Assembly: GCA_963921275.4 (NCBI GenBank)
Contig: OZ001293.3
Coordinates: forward strand, 4,416,001-4,480,000
DNA length: 64,000 bases
Direction: 5' to 3'
Origin: an uncultured Hormoscilla sp.
GTDB taxonomy: Bacteria; Cyanobacteriota; Cyanobacteriia; Cyanobacteriales; Desertifilaceae
In this document: in pieces, positions 20,303 to 32,086 of the stretch
Layout of the letters: the number at the start of each line of letters is the position of its first letter
Numbering within the stretch: the stretch's first letter is position 1
Program-made: the position numbers and the translations under genes
The notes under the pieces: generated by a model
The model's input: only the letters and a program-made list of their open reading frames with translations
The model's database searches: none
What the model was told of the DNA's origin: nothing

Positions 20303-20923
20303 ATGTCATTAGATTTTTTATCACTGGAGACAATAAAGGAAATCGCCCATGAATATGGCTACTGGGCAGTTTTTCTGGGAATAATGCTAGAAAATACGGG
20401 AGTGCCTCTACCAGGGGAAACCATTACCCTCGTGGGTGGGTTTTTGGCCGGTAGCGGTGAGCTGAATTACTGGTGGGTGCTGTTCTTCGCGATCGCTGGT
20501 GCCATCCTGGGGGATAACTGTGGTTATTGGATCGGCAGATATGGCGGTTGGCCAGTGTTGCTGCGGGTGGGTAAGTTATTCCGGATTACCGAACAGCAGC
20601 TGTTAGAGGTAAAATACCAGTTCAGTCTCAACGCCGCCAAAGCAGTGTTTCTGGGGCGATTTGTGGCCTTGCTACGTATTTTTGCGGGACCGATCGCAGG
20701 CATAGCCCAAATGCCCTACGGGATATTTTTGCTGTGCAACGCGGCGGGGGCCACTATCTGGGCTAGTCTGATGGTGAGTCTGTCGTTCTTTGTCGGGCGA
20801 CTTGTGCCTCTCGAAGAATTGGCAGCTTGGGTGGCTGAATTTGGATTAGTCGCTTTATTGCTGGTGATTGCCTGGATAGTGGTTCCGATCTGGTGGGAGT
20901 CGAGAAAGGGGAAAGTTTCCTAA
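20303..20923 (+). CDS. dedA: DedA family membrane protein
   Basis: LENTGVPLPGE, GDNCGYWIGR, GRFVALLRIFAGPIAG. Confidence 0.92.
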   Translation: MSLDFLSLETIKEIAHEYGYWAVFLGIMLENTGVPLPGETITLVGGFLAGSGELNYWWVLFFAIAGAILGDNCGYWIGRYGGWPVLLRVGKLFRITEQQLLEVKYQFSLNAAKAVFLGRFVALLRIFAGPIAGIAQMPYGIFLLCNAAGATIWASLMVSLSFFVGRLVPLEELAAWVAEFGLVALLLVIAWIVVPIWWESRKGKVS

Positions 20924-22162
20924 CAAGTCCTAGCTACAACCGGCGCGCAGCGCCTAGGAAACTGACTCTGGTTGGGGAGATCTGGCGACTGGCGGTCTTT
21001 TTCTCCGGAAAGCCGAAAGGGCGATCGCTGCTGCGGTTGCCATATGATTTTCGACATTTTTTGCCGCATTGAGGGAGCAACCACAAATTTCTGCGATAAA
21101 GAGATCGGGAAAATGCTGGAAGTAATTCCATACAGCCCAAGGGTTGTCCGATATAGATACTTACCAGATTTCATAGTCGGGATGTTCCGTACACATAGCG
21201 AGTGCATCTGCCAATGGAACACAAGCCTTGCTTTCCCATCCACCAGCACACGCTTCGCTACTCTAATCCTCACTTAGTGCAACGGTAGACATCTACTAAG
21301 GAATCTGGATCTAGATTCACAACGTTTTTTGTATAGTTCAGCACGATCGAGTACCTCCTCCAAGCTCCACAATTTTAATACTTGCTTTAATTTATTATCA
21401 TGCACCAGCTAAGGTCTGTAATCGGTAAATTTATCCTTTTTCTATAATATGATATTTATAGTTCAAATGATTTTGTAAATTATGATAGTTATTGACCAAA
21501 TATCACCGCTCGGCAATTACAGCATTTTTCATGACAGTTGAATATCGGACTGAATACAAGACATAATGTTATAACCCTGGCGGACAAATAGTCCGATATG
21601 ATGTTTGTATTCTATCAACATGTTCATCGCTGTAATCCTAGCTTAATATCTGGTGTGTCATACTGCAAATATAAGGAAAAATCGGATTTTTCCGGAACGG
21701 TTCGCAACAATTTTTATTCTTGGCGACGAACGCCTAAAGGTTTTCAGAATCGAATAAAATCCACACAATTAGACGGGAAGGTAATAAGGGATTGTAGAAT
21801 ATACAATTACTGTTGTATACAGGTTTTGTAGCAGTCGTATAGCTAGAGTAAGTTATCGGTGAAATACTTTTTCCTAGCGGATGGATGGACAGTAGGTCGG
21901 GTGTGGGAGTTCGGGGGCTATGGAACGAAGTCGCCTGGAGACGCAAACCACAGATTGACAAAATGAATCTCGGGATCGTAGAACAGGGGCAAACCCTATG
22001 GCTTTACCGGGTTGAAGATGCCGTGTTAATGGTAGAGGTAAAACCCACACCAACAGCAGACCTCCATAACGCGATCGGTCAAGTGGTCCTCAAACGCTTA
22101 ATTAGCGCTGATCAAGCCATTGACCGATTACGTACAGCTGAAGCAACCATCAACTACCAAAT

Positions 22163-23899
22163 CTAGGGACTCTCAGAGGCAGAAATATTACTGATCGCCC
22201 GTTGGAGGTTAGCTAAAGCCCGATTATAGCCGAGTACCGCCTGCACCCGATTGAACTCAGCCTGTGTCAAATCAGTTTCCGAGTTGATCACGTCAGTTTG
22301 AGTACCCACACCCGCCTGAAAGCGTAACCGAGCCAGTCGCAGGGCTTCTGTGGCCTGTTCTAGAGCCGCAGAAGCCGTGCCAATATTCTCAAAACTGGAA
22401 ATCAAGTTGAAATAGGATTGTTCCACCTGCAAGCGGATCTCGTTGCGTTGGTCAGCAAAAGTCGTTTCCGCGATCGCCGTTTCTGCCTCTTCCTGAGCTG
22501 CTTGCGCCTTGGCCTGTCCCCCATCAAACAAATTCCAAACAACTCGCGCGCCAAAGGAGTAGCCATCACCAGCTCCCTGCTGATTATTCAAGTTCTCATC
22601 ACTGTCCAGCTTGAACACATTGTAGTTAGCAAACAGACTGATCTGAGGTCCGAAAGTTGCTAACCGGGCCAGACGTTGCTGCTGGTTCAGTTCCCGAGTT
22701 ACTAGCTGGGTCTCCAACTCCGCCCGGTTCTGAAAAGCCAATATAATGCTCTGGTCCAAAGGGATGTTCCAGGTGCTAGCAATCTCCACCGGATCTGCTG
22801 CCGAGACATCAATAAACTGGGGTAAACTCAGTTGCTCCACTAATATCCGGCGGGATAACCGCTGCTGAGAAATTGCTTCGGTCAGTCTTTGCTCTTCCTC
22901 CGCCAACTGCACCTGGGATTGCAGCACGGCAAATCTGGTGCCCACACCGACCCTTTCCAAAGCTTGGGCATCTCGCAGACTACTCTCGGCATTGCGCACG
23001 GCCTGCTCTCGGATCCGCACTTGTTCGTCACTTTGCTGAAGGTCGTAGTAGCTTTCCGTCACTGCTAGACGCACCTCCTCCTGCAAGCGCTCGATTTCCA
23101 GTTCGCTCAAGCGCACCTGCTTTTTCCCCACCCGGATGTTAGCAGACCTCAAACCGGAAGTATAGATGTCATAATTTAGTGCTAAGGTGCCAGTTAAGGT
23201 GGTGGTGGGAGCATCTTGATCTAGTACTAATGGAGGATTTTCGTTCGCCTCATTAATCTGACCTTGGGCACTCTGACTGCGAGTGATATCTCCCTGAGCT
23301 GTGAGCGTTGGATACTCAGCTGCCAGAGCTTCTCGCAATTGAGCTTTTGCCTGTTCCAGTTGCAGCTGAGCTACCTGTAGATCCCTATTGTTGCGCCATG
23401 CCAAATCCAGTACCTGTTGCAAGGTCAGGGGCTGGGTTCCCTGAATCTCCACTTCCTCCGGTGTGGTGGGCAATTGTAGCGGATTAGGACCCGGGTCAAG
23501 ATAGAGTTCTGGGGAATTTTCCAACTCCGGCCCTGAGAACAATCGGTCCCTAGACGCCGGAAGGTTCGCCCCTGGCTTTTGTACTGCCAATTCCACCATC
23601 TCGGAAGCTTGGGGCTGGGCTAAGTCGGTACTCTCTGAGAGCACATCTGCTACTTCTGGCTCCCAGGCTTTGATAGAGCGTACAGTGAAGGGAGCAAAGC
23701 GAAAACTGGTCCGACCCTGGTCGGATGCATCTTGGGTGGCCTCCGGAGTTGGGCTGGCCTGGGCAATGGTGTTAGGGCTAGGCCATGTCTGAGGGGTTTT
23801 TGCGATTTTTCCCGCAGCGTAGCATAAAGAAGGCATCGAAGCTCCCAGGGCGATCGCGGCGATCGCACTCACACCAATAAAATTAAGCTTTTTCGACAT
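22163..23899 (-). CDS. tolC: TolC-family outer-membrane efflux protein (HgdD-like)
   Basis: Two OEP repeats; ARLRFQAGVGTQTDVI; signal peptide. Confidence 0.92.
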   Translation of the reverse strand: MSKKLNFIGVSAIAAIALGASMPSLCYAAGKIAKTPQTWPSPNTIAQASPTPEATQDASDQGRTSFRFAPFTVRSIKAWEPEVADVLSESTDLAQPQASEMVELAVQKPGANLPASRDRLFSGPELENSPELYLDPGPNPLQLPTTPEEVEIQGTQPLTLQQVLDLAWRNNRDLQVAQLQLEQAKAQLREALAAEYPTLTAQGDITRSQSAQGQINEANENPPLVLDQDAPTTTLTGTLALNYDIYTSGLRSANIRVGKKQVRLSELEIERLQEEVRLAVTESYYDLQQSDEQVRIREQAVRNAESSLRDAQALERVGVGTRFAVLQSQVQLAEEEQRLTEAISQQRLSRRILVEQLSLPQFIDVSAADPVEIASTWNIPLDQSIILAFQNRAELETQLVTRELNQQQRLARLATFGPQISLFANYNVFKLDSDENLNNQQGAGDGYSFGARVVWNLFDGGQAKAQAAQEEAETAIAETTFADQRNEIRLQVEQSYFNLISSFENIGTASAALEQATEALRLARLRFQAGVGTQTDVINSETDLTQAEFNRVQAVLGYNRALANLQRAISNISASESP

Positions 23900-24111
23900 T
23901 TGTTTAAGATATCTGGGCAGTCAGGTAAATTTTCCCTCGATGCCTGAGGGGTTTTTGCGATTTTATGCGCTGCGCGCACGCTACGCGGACGCGCAGCGTA
24001 GCATAAAGAAGGCATCGAAACTGTCAGGCTTCCAACCAATAGCAGCATACTGGCTTGCTATTGGGCACGGGCTTAAGTTTTAGCATCTCTAGTAGGTTAG
24101 CAGTTTCCCTA

Positions 24112-25003
24112 GGGCGTGTCATCAGTTAAGCCAAACAACAGTAGCAGCCAGGTAGATAGCACCCAAGAAATTCTGAGCCCTCTTATCGTAACGGGTGGCA
24201 ATGGCTCGATATTGCTTGAGTTTGGCAAAAAAATTCTCAATCAAATGACGTGCTTTGTATAGATATTTGTCATAACGGCGTTGTTCTTTTCGATTGGATT
24301 TAGGCGGAATCACAGGTTCGCATTGCTGGGCTTCAAGACGTTTCAAAACCCGTTCGTCAGCATCAGAAGCTTTGTCTGCGAGTAACGCATCAGCCTTAAT
24401 ATTATCAAGTAACACATCAGCCCCTTCCAAATCGTGAGCTTGACCGGCTGTTAAATGAAAACCCGTTGGGTTCCCCAATGCGTCACAGGTCGCGTGAATT
24501 TTGGTACTCAAACCCCCTTTACGGCGTCCGATGGCTTGGTCGCAATCTTTTTTTTTGAGCACCTGCACTATGTTGATGAGCCCTTTATATCGTGGCATCA
24601 ATCATCGCATATTCGTTATCGGCATCGGACGCAAGTACCTTGAATACTCTTTCCCATACCCCGGATTTTGACCACCTACTATGGCGCGTATGAATTACCC
24701 TCAAGTCCCCAAATCGCTCGGGTCCCGCCAAGGTATCCCAGCTCTATATCGATACAAGACAGCATAGACAAATAAGCGGTTATCCTTAGCTGTCCCCCCC
24801 ACATAACCCTCCCGACCTGGCAATAGGTCCCTGATTCTCTCCCACTGGTCATCTCTTAAAGCATAGCGACGCATTTCTCAAATTCTCCTGCTCTAACCTT
24901 TACCCTCTTAGATCACACCAATATATCCTGGTTGTCAACTCAATCATCTTGTTATATATTTTTGGTGGGAACCCATATCGTTAATCTAACTGATGACACG
25001 CCC
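24112..25003 (-). mobile_element. IS5-family (IS427-like) element, frameshifted
   Basis: Same TIRs with CTAG context; RHLIENFFAKLKQYRAIATRYDK. Confidence 0.92.
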
Positions 25004-25066
25004 TAGAGTAAGGCTTTAGTTAAGATTCGATTGTATCAACTAAAATTATACCTGTAGTCTAGGCGA

Positions 25067-26233
25067 GTGAACAACATTCCCTCTGTTGACCTGAGCGGGC
25101 AGTACCTTCCCATTGCCGCAGAACTGGAAGCCGCTGTCAAAGAAGTCCTGGCTAGCGGTCGTTACATCGGTGGTCCGCTGGTGTCTGAATTTGAAGCTCA
25201 ATTTGCGGCCTATTTAAACGCTACTGAATGCGTGGCCTGCAATTCGGGTACCGACGCTCTGTATCTGGCCCTGCGTGCTTTGCAGATCGGGCCCTCTGAT
25301 GAAGTGATTACTACCCCTTTTACCTTTATTGCTACGGCTGAGGCCATCTCGGCGGTGGGAGCGAGGCCGGTGTTTGTTGATATTGACCCCCAAACTTTTA
25401 ATTTGGACCTGGAACAGTTGTCAGGGGCAGTCACTGGCCAGACTAGGGCGATTATACCAGTTCACCTGTTTGGCCAACCAGTTGATATGACCCGCTTAAT
25501 GGCGATCGCCAACTCTCACGGTCTAGCTGTGATTGAAGACTGCGCCCAGGCTACCGGAGGCGAATGGGCTGGCCAAAAGCTGGGGACGATCGGTCTAGTG
25601 GGCTGCTTTAGTTTCTACCCTACCAAGAACTTAGCCGCCTGTGGCGATGCCGGTGCTGTGATTACTAGAGATCGAGCGATCGCCTCCACTGTCCGGCAAC
25701 TGCGAGATCACGGTCGCCGCCAGAGCTACGATTTTTCCGGAACGGTGCACGTACATACTGGCATTAACTCTCGCCTCGACACCATACAAGCTGCCATTCT
25801 GAAAATCAAACTCAAGTATCTCGATCGCTGGAATGAACAGCGTCGCCAGATTGCCTCTCGCTACCATCTGCTGCTGCAAACTCTTCCAGATATCATTCGT
25901 CCCCAAGAGATCGAGGGCGGTCTTACTGTTTGGAATCAATACACAATTCGGGTGAAAAGTCAAGCAAAAAACTCCCCCATCTCGCAGCGGGACTGGATGC
26001 GTTCCCAGTTACGGCAGCATGGCGTGAGCACAATGGTTTACTATCCCTTGCCCTTGCATCTACAACCGGTCTACAAACATTTGGGTTATCAACCCGGTCA
26101 ACTGCCAGTTGCAGAGCAGGCTTGTCGGGAAGTCTTATCCTTGCCCATGTTCCCCGAACTGGACAGCCGGCAACAGGCTATTATGGTCGAGCGCTTGCTT
26201 GATTTATACTGCGAAGGGTCCCTTTGCCCTTAG
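25067..26233 (+). CDS. DegT/DnrJ/EryC1/StrS aminotransferase
   Basis: NSGTDAL, PVHLFGQ, IEDCAQA, SFYPTKNL, NSRLD. Confidence 0.93.
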   Translation: MNNIPSVDLSGQYLPIAAELEAAVKEVLASGRYIGGPLVSEFEAQFAAYLNATECVACNSGTDALYLALRALQIGPSDEVITTPFTFIATAEAISAVGARPVFVDIDPQTFNLDLEQLSGAVTGQTRAIIPVHLFGQPVDMTRLMAIANSHGLAVIEDCAQATGGEWAGQKLGTIGLVGCFSFYPTKNLAACGDAGAVITRDRAIASTVRQLRDHGRRQSYDFSGTVHVHTGINSRLDTIQAAILKIKLKYLDRWNEQRRQIASRYHLLLQTLPDIIRPQEIEGGLTVWNQYTIRVKSQAKNSPISQRDWMRSQLRQHGVSTMVYYPLPLHLQPVYKHLGYQPGQLPVAEQACREVLSLPMFPELDSRQQAIMVERLLDLYCEGSLCP

Positions 26234-26444
26234 GGCCGTAATTGTCTAAGCGGGGATAATTGAGATATCCTTGTGTGACGGAGTATTTGCAGCCAGAGTA
26301 TATATCCACATTGGATAGGCAACTGACAGTTGCTGGCAACCCTTATATCGAACAGTTCCTTTCGCAAGATAAGGCGATCGTCTGCTAGGAGCGTGTTCGC
26401 CGATCCACTGCTAGTTTCTCTAGCGCCAAGCGGGCATCAAATCC

Positions 26445-26680
26445 ATGTTAGCAATTAGAACTTCCGATGGCGAAAAACCCAATGGCATTATTGCCTTGCA
26501 TCAATGTATCGTCACCCCCAGCCGGATCTCCTGGGAGCACTATTCGTACTACCCAGGAGATCCGGCGATGAGATTGAGTTACTTGAAGCGATCGCCGACA
26601 AGTGAGCCCGATCGCCTTTTGGAGCAAGAAACAATGAAAAATTTGGCTTTAGAAAAAGCCCGACAGGCGGCGGAAGCTGG
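26445..26680 (+). pseudogene. GAF sensor-kinase fragment
   Basis: MLAIRTS...NGIIALHQC and LEKARQAAEA. Confidence 0.5.
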
Positions 26681-26866
26681 ACGCGATCTCGCTGCGCGCG
26701 CGCTGGACGCGATCTCGCTAGCAGGAGGTTTGAGTTTCGACGATTTGGCGATCGTCTCTCAGGGCCTAGATACGACAAAGTCATCGACGTATCTGACTAC
26801 TGTCAGTTCCCTTTGTTTGACGCCAAACCACCATCATCTATAAGTTGGTGCAGAGGATAATTACAG

Positions 26867-28432
26867 ATGAAAGATAGAGCAGCACAAATTCAACAAATAG
26901 CAGTAACTGCGGCCCAGATGCGGGAAATAGAAGAGAGGATCTTTGCCGCAGGCATGCCAGTGGCAGCATTGATGGAAAAGGTAGCGGGCCTGCTGGCCCG
27001 GCGCATAGAATCTCTATACCCAGGATCCCAGCGGGTAGGAGTCTTGGTCGGACCGGGTCATAATGGGGGAGATGCTTTAGTAGTGGCGCGGGAGTTGCAT
27101 TTCCACTCTTATGATGTTACTATCTATAAACCCTTATCTAAACTGAAGCAACTTACCAGTCAACATGCCGAGTATGCCGCAAGTTTGGGTATTCCCTTTC
27201 ACGAAGAGATTGCCCCGCTGCAAGATTGCCACCTGTTGATTGATGGTTTATTTGGATTTGGGTTAGAACGGACAATCTCCGAGGGACTGGCAGAGGCAGT
27301 AAACGAGCTGAATAGCTGGTCAAAACCGGTGCTAAGTATAGATATTCCTGCGGGCATCCACACGGATACAGGGGCAGTCCTGGGAACGGCAGTGCGGGCA
27401 ACTCGGACATTTTGTCTGGGTTTGTGGAAGCTGGCATTTTTGCAGGACCAAGCTTTAGAATATATCGGCAAGGCGGAACTGATTGATTTTGATATTCCCT
27501 GGGCAGATATCGAACCTGTAATTAATCAAACATCGAGAATATATCGGATTACAGCAGCTACGGCAGTGGCCCATCTGCCCATCCCTCGCCCGCGAGTTAC
27601 TCATAAATATAAGGAAGGACATTTGCTGTCCATCTGCGGTTCTCGTAAGTATGCAGGGGCAGCGATTTTAACGGGTTTGGGCGCGCAAGCAAGTGGAGTG
27701 GGGATGCTGTCAATCGCGGTGCCAGAGTCTTTGAAACAGTTGTTAGTGGCACAGTTACCCTCAGCATTGATTATCGGTTGTCCGGAGACGAAAACAGGCG
27801 CGATCGCCCAACTGCCAGTAAAATTGAGCAGCTATAGCGCGATCGCCTGCGGTCCGGGATTGACAACGGAGGCAGTAGAAGTAGTAGAAAAGGTATTGGA
27901 GAGCGATCGCCTGCTAGTGCTAGATGCCGACGGGTTAAATATCCTGGCATCTTTGGGCCCGATCGCCAGATTATCCCAGCGGCAAGTACCAACAGTGCTT
28001 ACCCCGCATACGGTCGAGTTTAAGCGTCTGTTTCCCCAAGCACCCGAGACCCAAGATAGAATCAAGGCAGTGCAAAATGTTTCCGGATTGGGAGGTGCTG
28101 TGGTATTGTTGAAAGGAGCATTAACCGCGATCGTCAATCATTACGGTTCTGTATGGATTATCCCCGAAAGCACCCCAGCATTAGCCCGTGGCGGCAGTGG
28201 GGACGTATTGACTGGACTGTTGGGTGGACTGTTAGCACAGGCCCCCTCCCGGGAGACTCCCATAGAAGGGGTAGTAGTAACAGCAGCATGGTGCCATGCC
28301 CAGGCAGGCATGTTGGCAGCATCCGAACGAACGGAGTTGGGCGTAGATGCCCTGACCTTGACCCAATATTTAATGGCAGCGGTGGGAAATTCTATAGTTG
28401 ATTATTCAGCTGACAAAAGCATCTACTGTTGA
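26867..28432 (+). CDS. nnr: Bifunctional NAD(P)H-hydrate epimerase/dehydratase
   Basis: GPGHNGGD, DGLFGFG, DADGLN, TPH..EF, LARGGSGDVL. Confidence 0.93.
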   Translation: MKDRAAQIQQIAVTAAQMREIEERIFAAGMPVAALMEKVAGLLARRIESLYPGSQRVGVLVGPGHNGGDALVVARELHFHSYDVTIYKPLSKLKQLTSQHAEYAASLGIPFHEEIAPLQDCHLLIDGLFGFGLERTISEGLAEAVNELNSWSKPVLSIDIPAGIHTDTGAVLGTAVRATRTFCLGLWKLAFLQDQALEYIGKAELIDFDIPWADIEPVINQTSRIYRITAATAVAHLPIPRPRVTHKYKEGHLLSICGSRKYAGAAILTGLGAQASGVGMLSIAVPESLKQLLVAQLPSALIIGCPETKTGAIAQLPVKLSSYSAIACGPGLTTEAVEVVEKVLESDRLLVLDADGLNILASLGPIARLSQRQVPTVLTPHTVEFKRLFPQAPETQDRIKAVQNVSGLGGAVVLLKGALTAIVNHYGSVWIIPESTPALARGGSGDVLTGLLGGLLAQAPSRETPIEGVVVTAAWCHAQAGMLAASERTELGVDALTLTQYLMAAVGNSIVDYSADKSIYC

Positions 28433-28461
28433 AAATCATAGTTGCAACTTCAGGAAATACC

Positions 28462-29019
28462 ATGAAATCAGCCCATCCTCTGGCAACAATTGTTGCGACA
28501 GCAATTACAACCTTGACAACCCTGAATCCGGCGATCGCTGCCATCTTCGGTCAACAAGAAGTGAACCAAAACAACTTTGTGGCAGTTGTGGTGCCCGTGG
28601 ACGGCGGGAACTCGCAACGGTTGGTGATTCTGGAGCAAAAAACAAATCGCCGTGCTTGTTGGAGTGAGTATGGTAGCGGTCCAGTGCGGATCTACCCCCT
28701 GCTGTTGAGTTTCGATTTTACAGGCATTTGTGGCAGGGCAGCAGACAGCAACGCCTACTCAATTCGAGTCGGGGGCCAAGACTTGGGACTGAAATACACT
28801 CTCTTTCTCGAAGTCAGAAATGGAGATATTTTTCTGATCGGCAAGGATCTACTCAATCCCAATGCACCGGTCCTGACAATTGGCAAGACTAATGGGATTA
28901 CCAATGAGTTTATGAAGATTAATCTGGAATCAGGTTGGTACTTTACTAAAAGAACCTATAATGGACGGACTTTGGGTCACATCTATCTGACTAATGATTC
29001 CCGGGCGATCGCACCTTAA
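28462..29019 (+). CDS. DUF3747 domain protein
   Basis: FGQQEVNQ, LLSFDFTGICGRAADSNAYSIR, KRTYNGRTLGHIY. Confidence 0.85.
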   Translation: MKSAHPLATIVATAITTLTTLNPAIAAIFGQQEVNQNNFVAVVVPVDGGNSQRLVILEQKTNRRACWSEYGSGPVRIYPLLLSFDFTGICGRAADSNAYSIRVGGQDLGLKYTLFLEVRNGDIFLIGKDLLNPNAPVLTIGKTNGITNEFMKINLESGWYFTKRTYNGRTLGHIYLTNDSRAIAP

Positions 29020-29078
29020 CTGGTTTCCCAGGCGACAGGCGATCGATCGCCTGGGAAACTAGCGCCATCAAAGGAGGT

Positions 29079-29459
29079 TTACCCCAGGGCTCGATCTAGA
29101 TCGGCAATTAGATCCTCTGGATGTTCTAAACCAACAGATATGCGCAGCAAATTGTCCGGAGTTGTCGAACCTGGTCCTTCAATGGAAGCGCGATGTTCGA
29201 TGAAACTTTCTACACCACCCAAACTGGTGGCCCGGGCGAACAGCTTCACGGCAGAGGTGACAGCAAAAGCCATTGGTTTTCCACCTTTCACCTGGAAAGA
29301 TAGCATACCTCCAAACAGTTGCATCTGCCTGGCAGCAATTTCATGTCCTGGATGTGCTTTAAGTCCCGGATAATGCACCGCTTCCACTTGAGGATGTGCC
29401 GCTAAAAAATCAGCCAGCCGTAGGGCATTTTCTGTCTGGGCCCGCAGGCGATAAGGCAT
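29079..29459 (-). pseudogene. Cystathionine gamma-synthase/lyase C-terminal fragment
   Basis: VHYPGL, ATSLGGVES, LLRISVGLEHPEDL. The PLP-binding N-terminal half is missing. Confidence 0.8.
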
Positions 29460-29461
29460 GT

Positions 29462-30760
29462 TTTACTGCGCACCAGAGGCAATAAAATTTCAAATTCCGT
29501 ACCCGACCCATACTGCGATCGCACCTGAAACTCACTGCCATGCTTAGCAGTGACAATTTGACAACTAACCGCTAAACTTGTTTCCTTTTATTCTCGTTTT
29601 TCCACCGAAAAATATTCCAGAATTTCCTTTAATTTATTAGGGGATAAACCGGGAAGATTATCAGCAATTTTAATGAAGACCCAGCGATTATCGCGAATAT
29701 CTTGCTTACTTCTCTTGATAGAAAAAACATGAGTTGTAATTTCAATCCGAGGCTGGCGGTTTGTCCTGCCTTCACCGCCCAATGAGCCAACAAACTCTCG
29801 AGTCACAGCCTGATTTAGTAAAGCATCAACCGCATTTGTGAGGATATTCATAAACACCTGGTTCATCTGACCCGCAAAGCATGACACTAGCGGCAGATAG
29901 CCGTAATTTTTAACAATTTCAATAGTAACAAAATCTTATCCAGACAAGCATGCAAATCAGCTGGCTTAGGATAAACCTCATCAATATGGCAGAAATTTTG
30001 CAAACCCGTCATCAGGATCTTTAACCCTTCGGCGCCCCTTTGAATGCTCTTAATTGCTCGCGGCAAGTCTATTTGTAAAAAATCCAAATCAATTTATGCT
30101 TTCAACTCGCTAATTTCGGTCGGGGAGAGCTTGTTTTCATAAGCCTCTAGCAATTTCATCATATACTGATTATAGATAGAAACAAAATTCAAGTTGCCCC
30201 AAATAAAATTCACCGGGTCTAAAACCTAATGAGCCACCCCATCCACCAGGCGTCCCAAACTAGCCATTTTCTCAGTTTGAATCATCTGGACCTGGGCCCG
30301 TTCGTAGCGCACCTGAGCTGCAGCCAAGCAGCCTGGTTTAATTGATTAATGTCCAATATCTGATAAGTCTGGGAGTCCCCCTTCACCACCACCGGTTCGC
30401 CTAAAAGTTCCGGCGATCGCCTGAAAGCCTGTCCCGCCGCCTCCAGGATCGGCATTGTATCGGGAAGCAGTAAAATTTACGTGTGCGCGTAGCTGTAGAT
30501 CACCTCCACCGATTGACTTAAAAACAGCTCTTTATCCCCTGAGGGCGGAGCAGCAGTTCTAGCAAAATCCGTCGGGATATCATAACCCGTGAATTCGCCC
30601 TGATATAGCAAGATCGCACCAGGGAGTTGAGGATTTCTCAAACATCCGGGCCACTTGCACGGCCAAGCAGCTCATATCCACCTGAAAACCATGTAGAGGT
30701 AAATCCCTCAGAGTCGATTCTAGAGAGAAAGCCCGATCGCTGCCCTCAGAGAAAGACGGT
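29462..30760 (-). pseudogene. Sensor histidine kinase, multiply disrupted
   Basis: Fragments EKMASLGRLVDGVAH*, DLPRAI, CFAGQMNQVFMNILTNAVDA, HGSEF...SQYGSGTEF. Confidence 0.8.
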
Positions 30761-30769
30761 GTTAGGCAA

Positions 30770-31370
30770 AATCACCGAAAATTCTTCGCCCCCGTAGCGA
30801 GCCACTAAATCCGTAGTACGGCGTACAGTCCAATAGATCGCGAAAGCGATCTATTGCAAACAGGCGTCACCAGCTTGATGACCATAGGTGTCGTTGTAGA
30901 GTTTGAAATAATCCACATCAGACATAATCAGGGACAATGGGGTTCGCGAACTAGCCAGGCCACGCCAGTTCTTGTCCAGGTAGGAGTTAAACTGGCGTCG
31001 GTTAGCCAGCTGAGTCAAGCCATCTAGAGAGGCAAGGCGTTGCAACTTTTCACTGGCCGACTCCAACAATTGAGGAACCAGACCCGACTTTCACCATTAC
31101 TGGTTTACGCCGGAACGAATCGCACAAACAATTCCAAGCCATAGGGACAGCTCATCTGTTCCCAAACCGGCGTCCGGAAATCATCCCTATATACTGTCCC
31201 AGTTCTGTCAAGATTACTCCAGGCAGCAACGGATTAGCATCCATTGCTCGAGCAACTTCCTGACCTGGGTGCTCCAATGATATTTGAAAATCATGAAGCC
31301 TCAGTTCCAGTACAATTGACTTTTGACTAAGGTTGTACATATCGATCTCAGACCGGGGTTGAACTAACAT
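30770..31370 (-). pseudogene. Diguanylate cyclase, deleted and interrupted by an intron stub
   Basis: LDGLTQLANRRQF, DVDYFKLYNDTYGHQAGDACL, VARYGGEEF. Confidence 0.8.
31075..31125 (-). mobile_element. Group II intron 5'-end remnant
   Basis: Minus strand reads GTGCGATTCGTTCCGGCGTAAACCAG..., like the 5' ends at 35120, 35358 and 38838. Confidence 0.6.
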
Positions 31371-31516
31371 AGAAGACTGCCAAGTCTCACGGCATAGCTA
31401 AAGTTACAGCTTGTCACTGCCAGATCCTCATCGGCGCTCTGGCAGACTTAAAATTGATAATTGATAATTGACAATTCACAACTAACAACTGACCATTAAC
31501 AACTGACCATTAAAAC

Positions 31517-31846
31517 CTACCCCTGTGAGAGAGGGGGTGTGCCGTCCGGCTCTGATGGGGAAGAGCCAGTCATATGCACCAAGATTTCGCGCAATTTCAT
31601 CCGATTGATATAGGGCCAGCCCCCTTGGGCTTCAATATCTTTCACCAGAGAGTAAAGATCCTGACGGTTATCTGGTAAAGACTCTTGAAACAGACCTTCC
31701 CGAATTTCTCGATGCAGAGCCTCCAAGCTCCGCAGCAGCTGTAGGAGAGCCAAAGTATCTCCCCGACAACCCGCAGCCTGAGCAGAGATCCTATCCGTAA
31801 TGGCTTGCAAATCCCGTTGTGAGTTATAATTACTGCCGCTATTCAT
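31517..31846 (-). CDS. Conserved cyanobacterial hypothetical protein
   Basis: LLRSLEALHREIREGLFQESLPDNRQ.LY.L..DIE..GGWPYI. Confidence 0.7.
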   Translation of the reverse strand: MNSGSNYNSQRDLQAITDRISAQAAGCRGDTLALLQLLRSLEALHREIREGLFQESLPDNRQDLYSLVKDIEAQGGWPYINRMKLREILVHMTGSSPSEPDGTPPLSQG

Positions 31847-32086
31847 GCTATAGTCTATTGTGCTTCATTGGGACAAATCCAATCTAACCCAGTCTCCTGC
31901 TGATGTAGGAGGGAAGTTGAATTGAAGCACCGGTGATAGATGATCGAGAAGAGGGAACTGATACTTCCTCCAGCCAGCATCCAAATCACCGCGCGATTGG
32001 ACAAGGGGGCACCCCCTTTGGTAAAATACACTTCTGTGTTCATCATCCATACAAACTGCGTACTTCATATATAGAGGTTGATTGTC

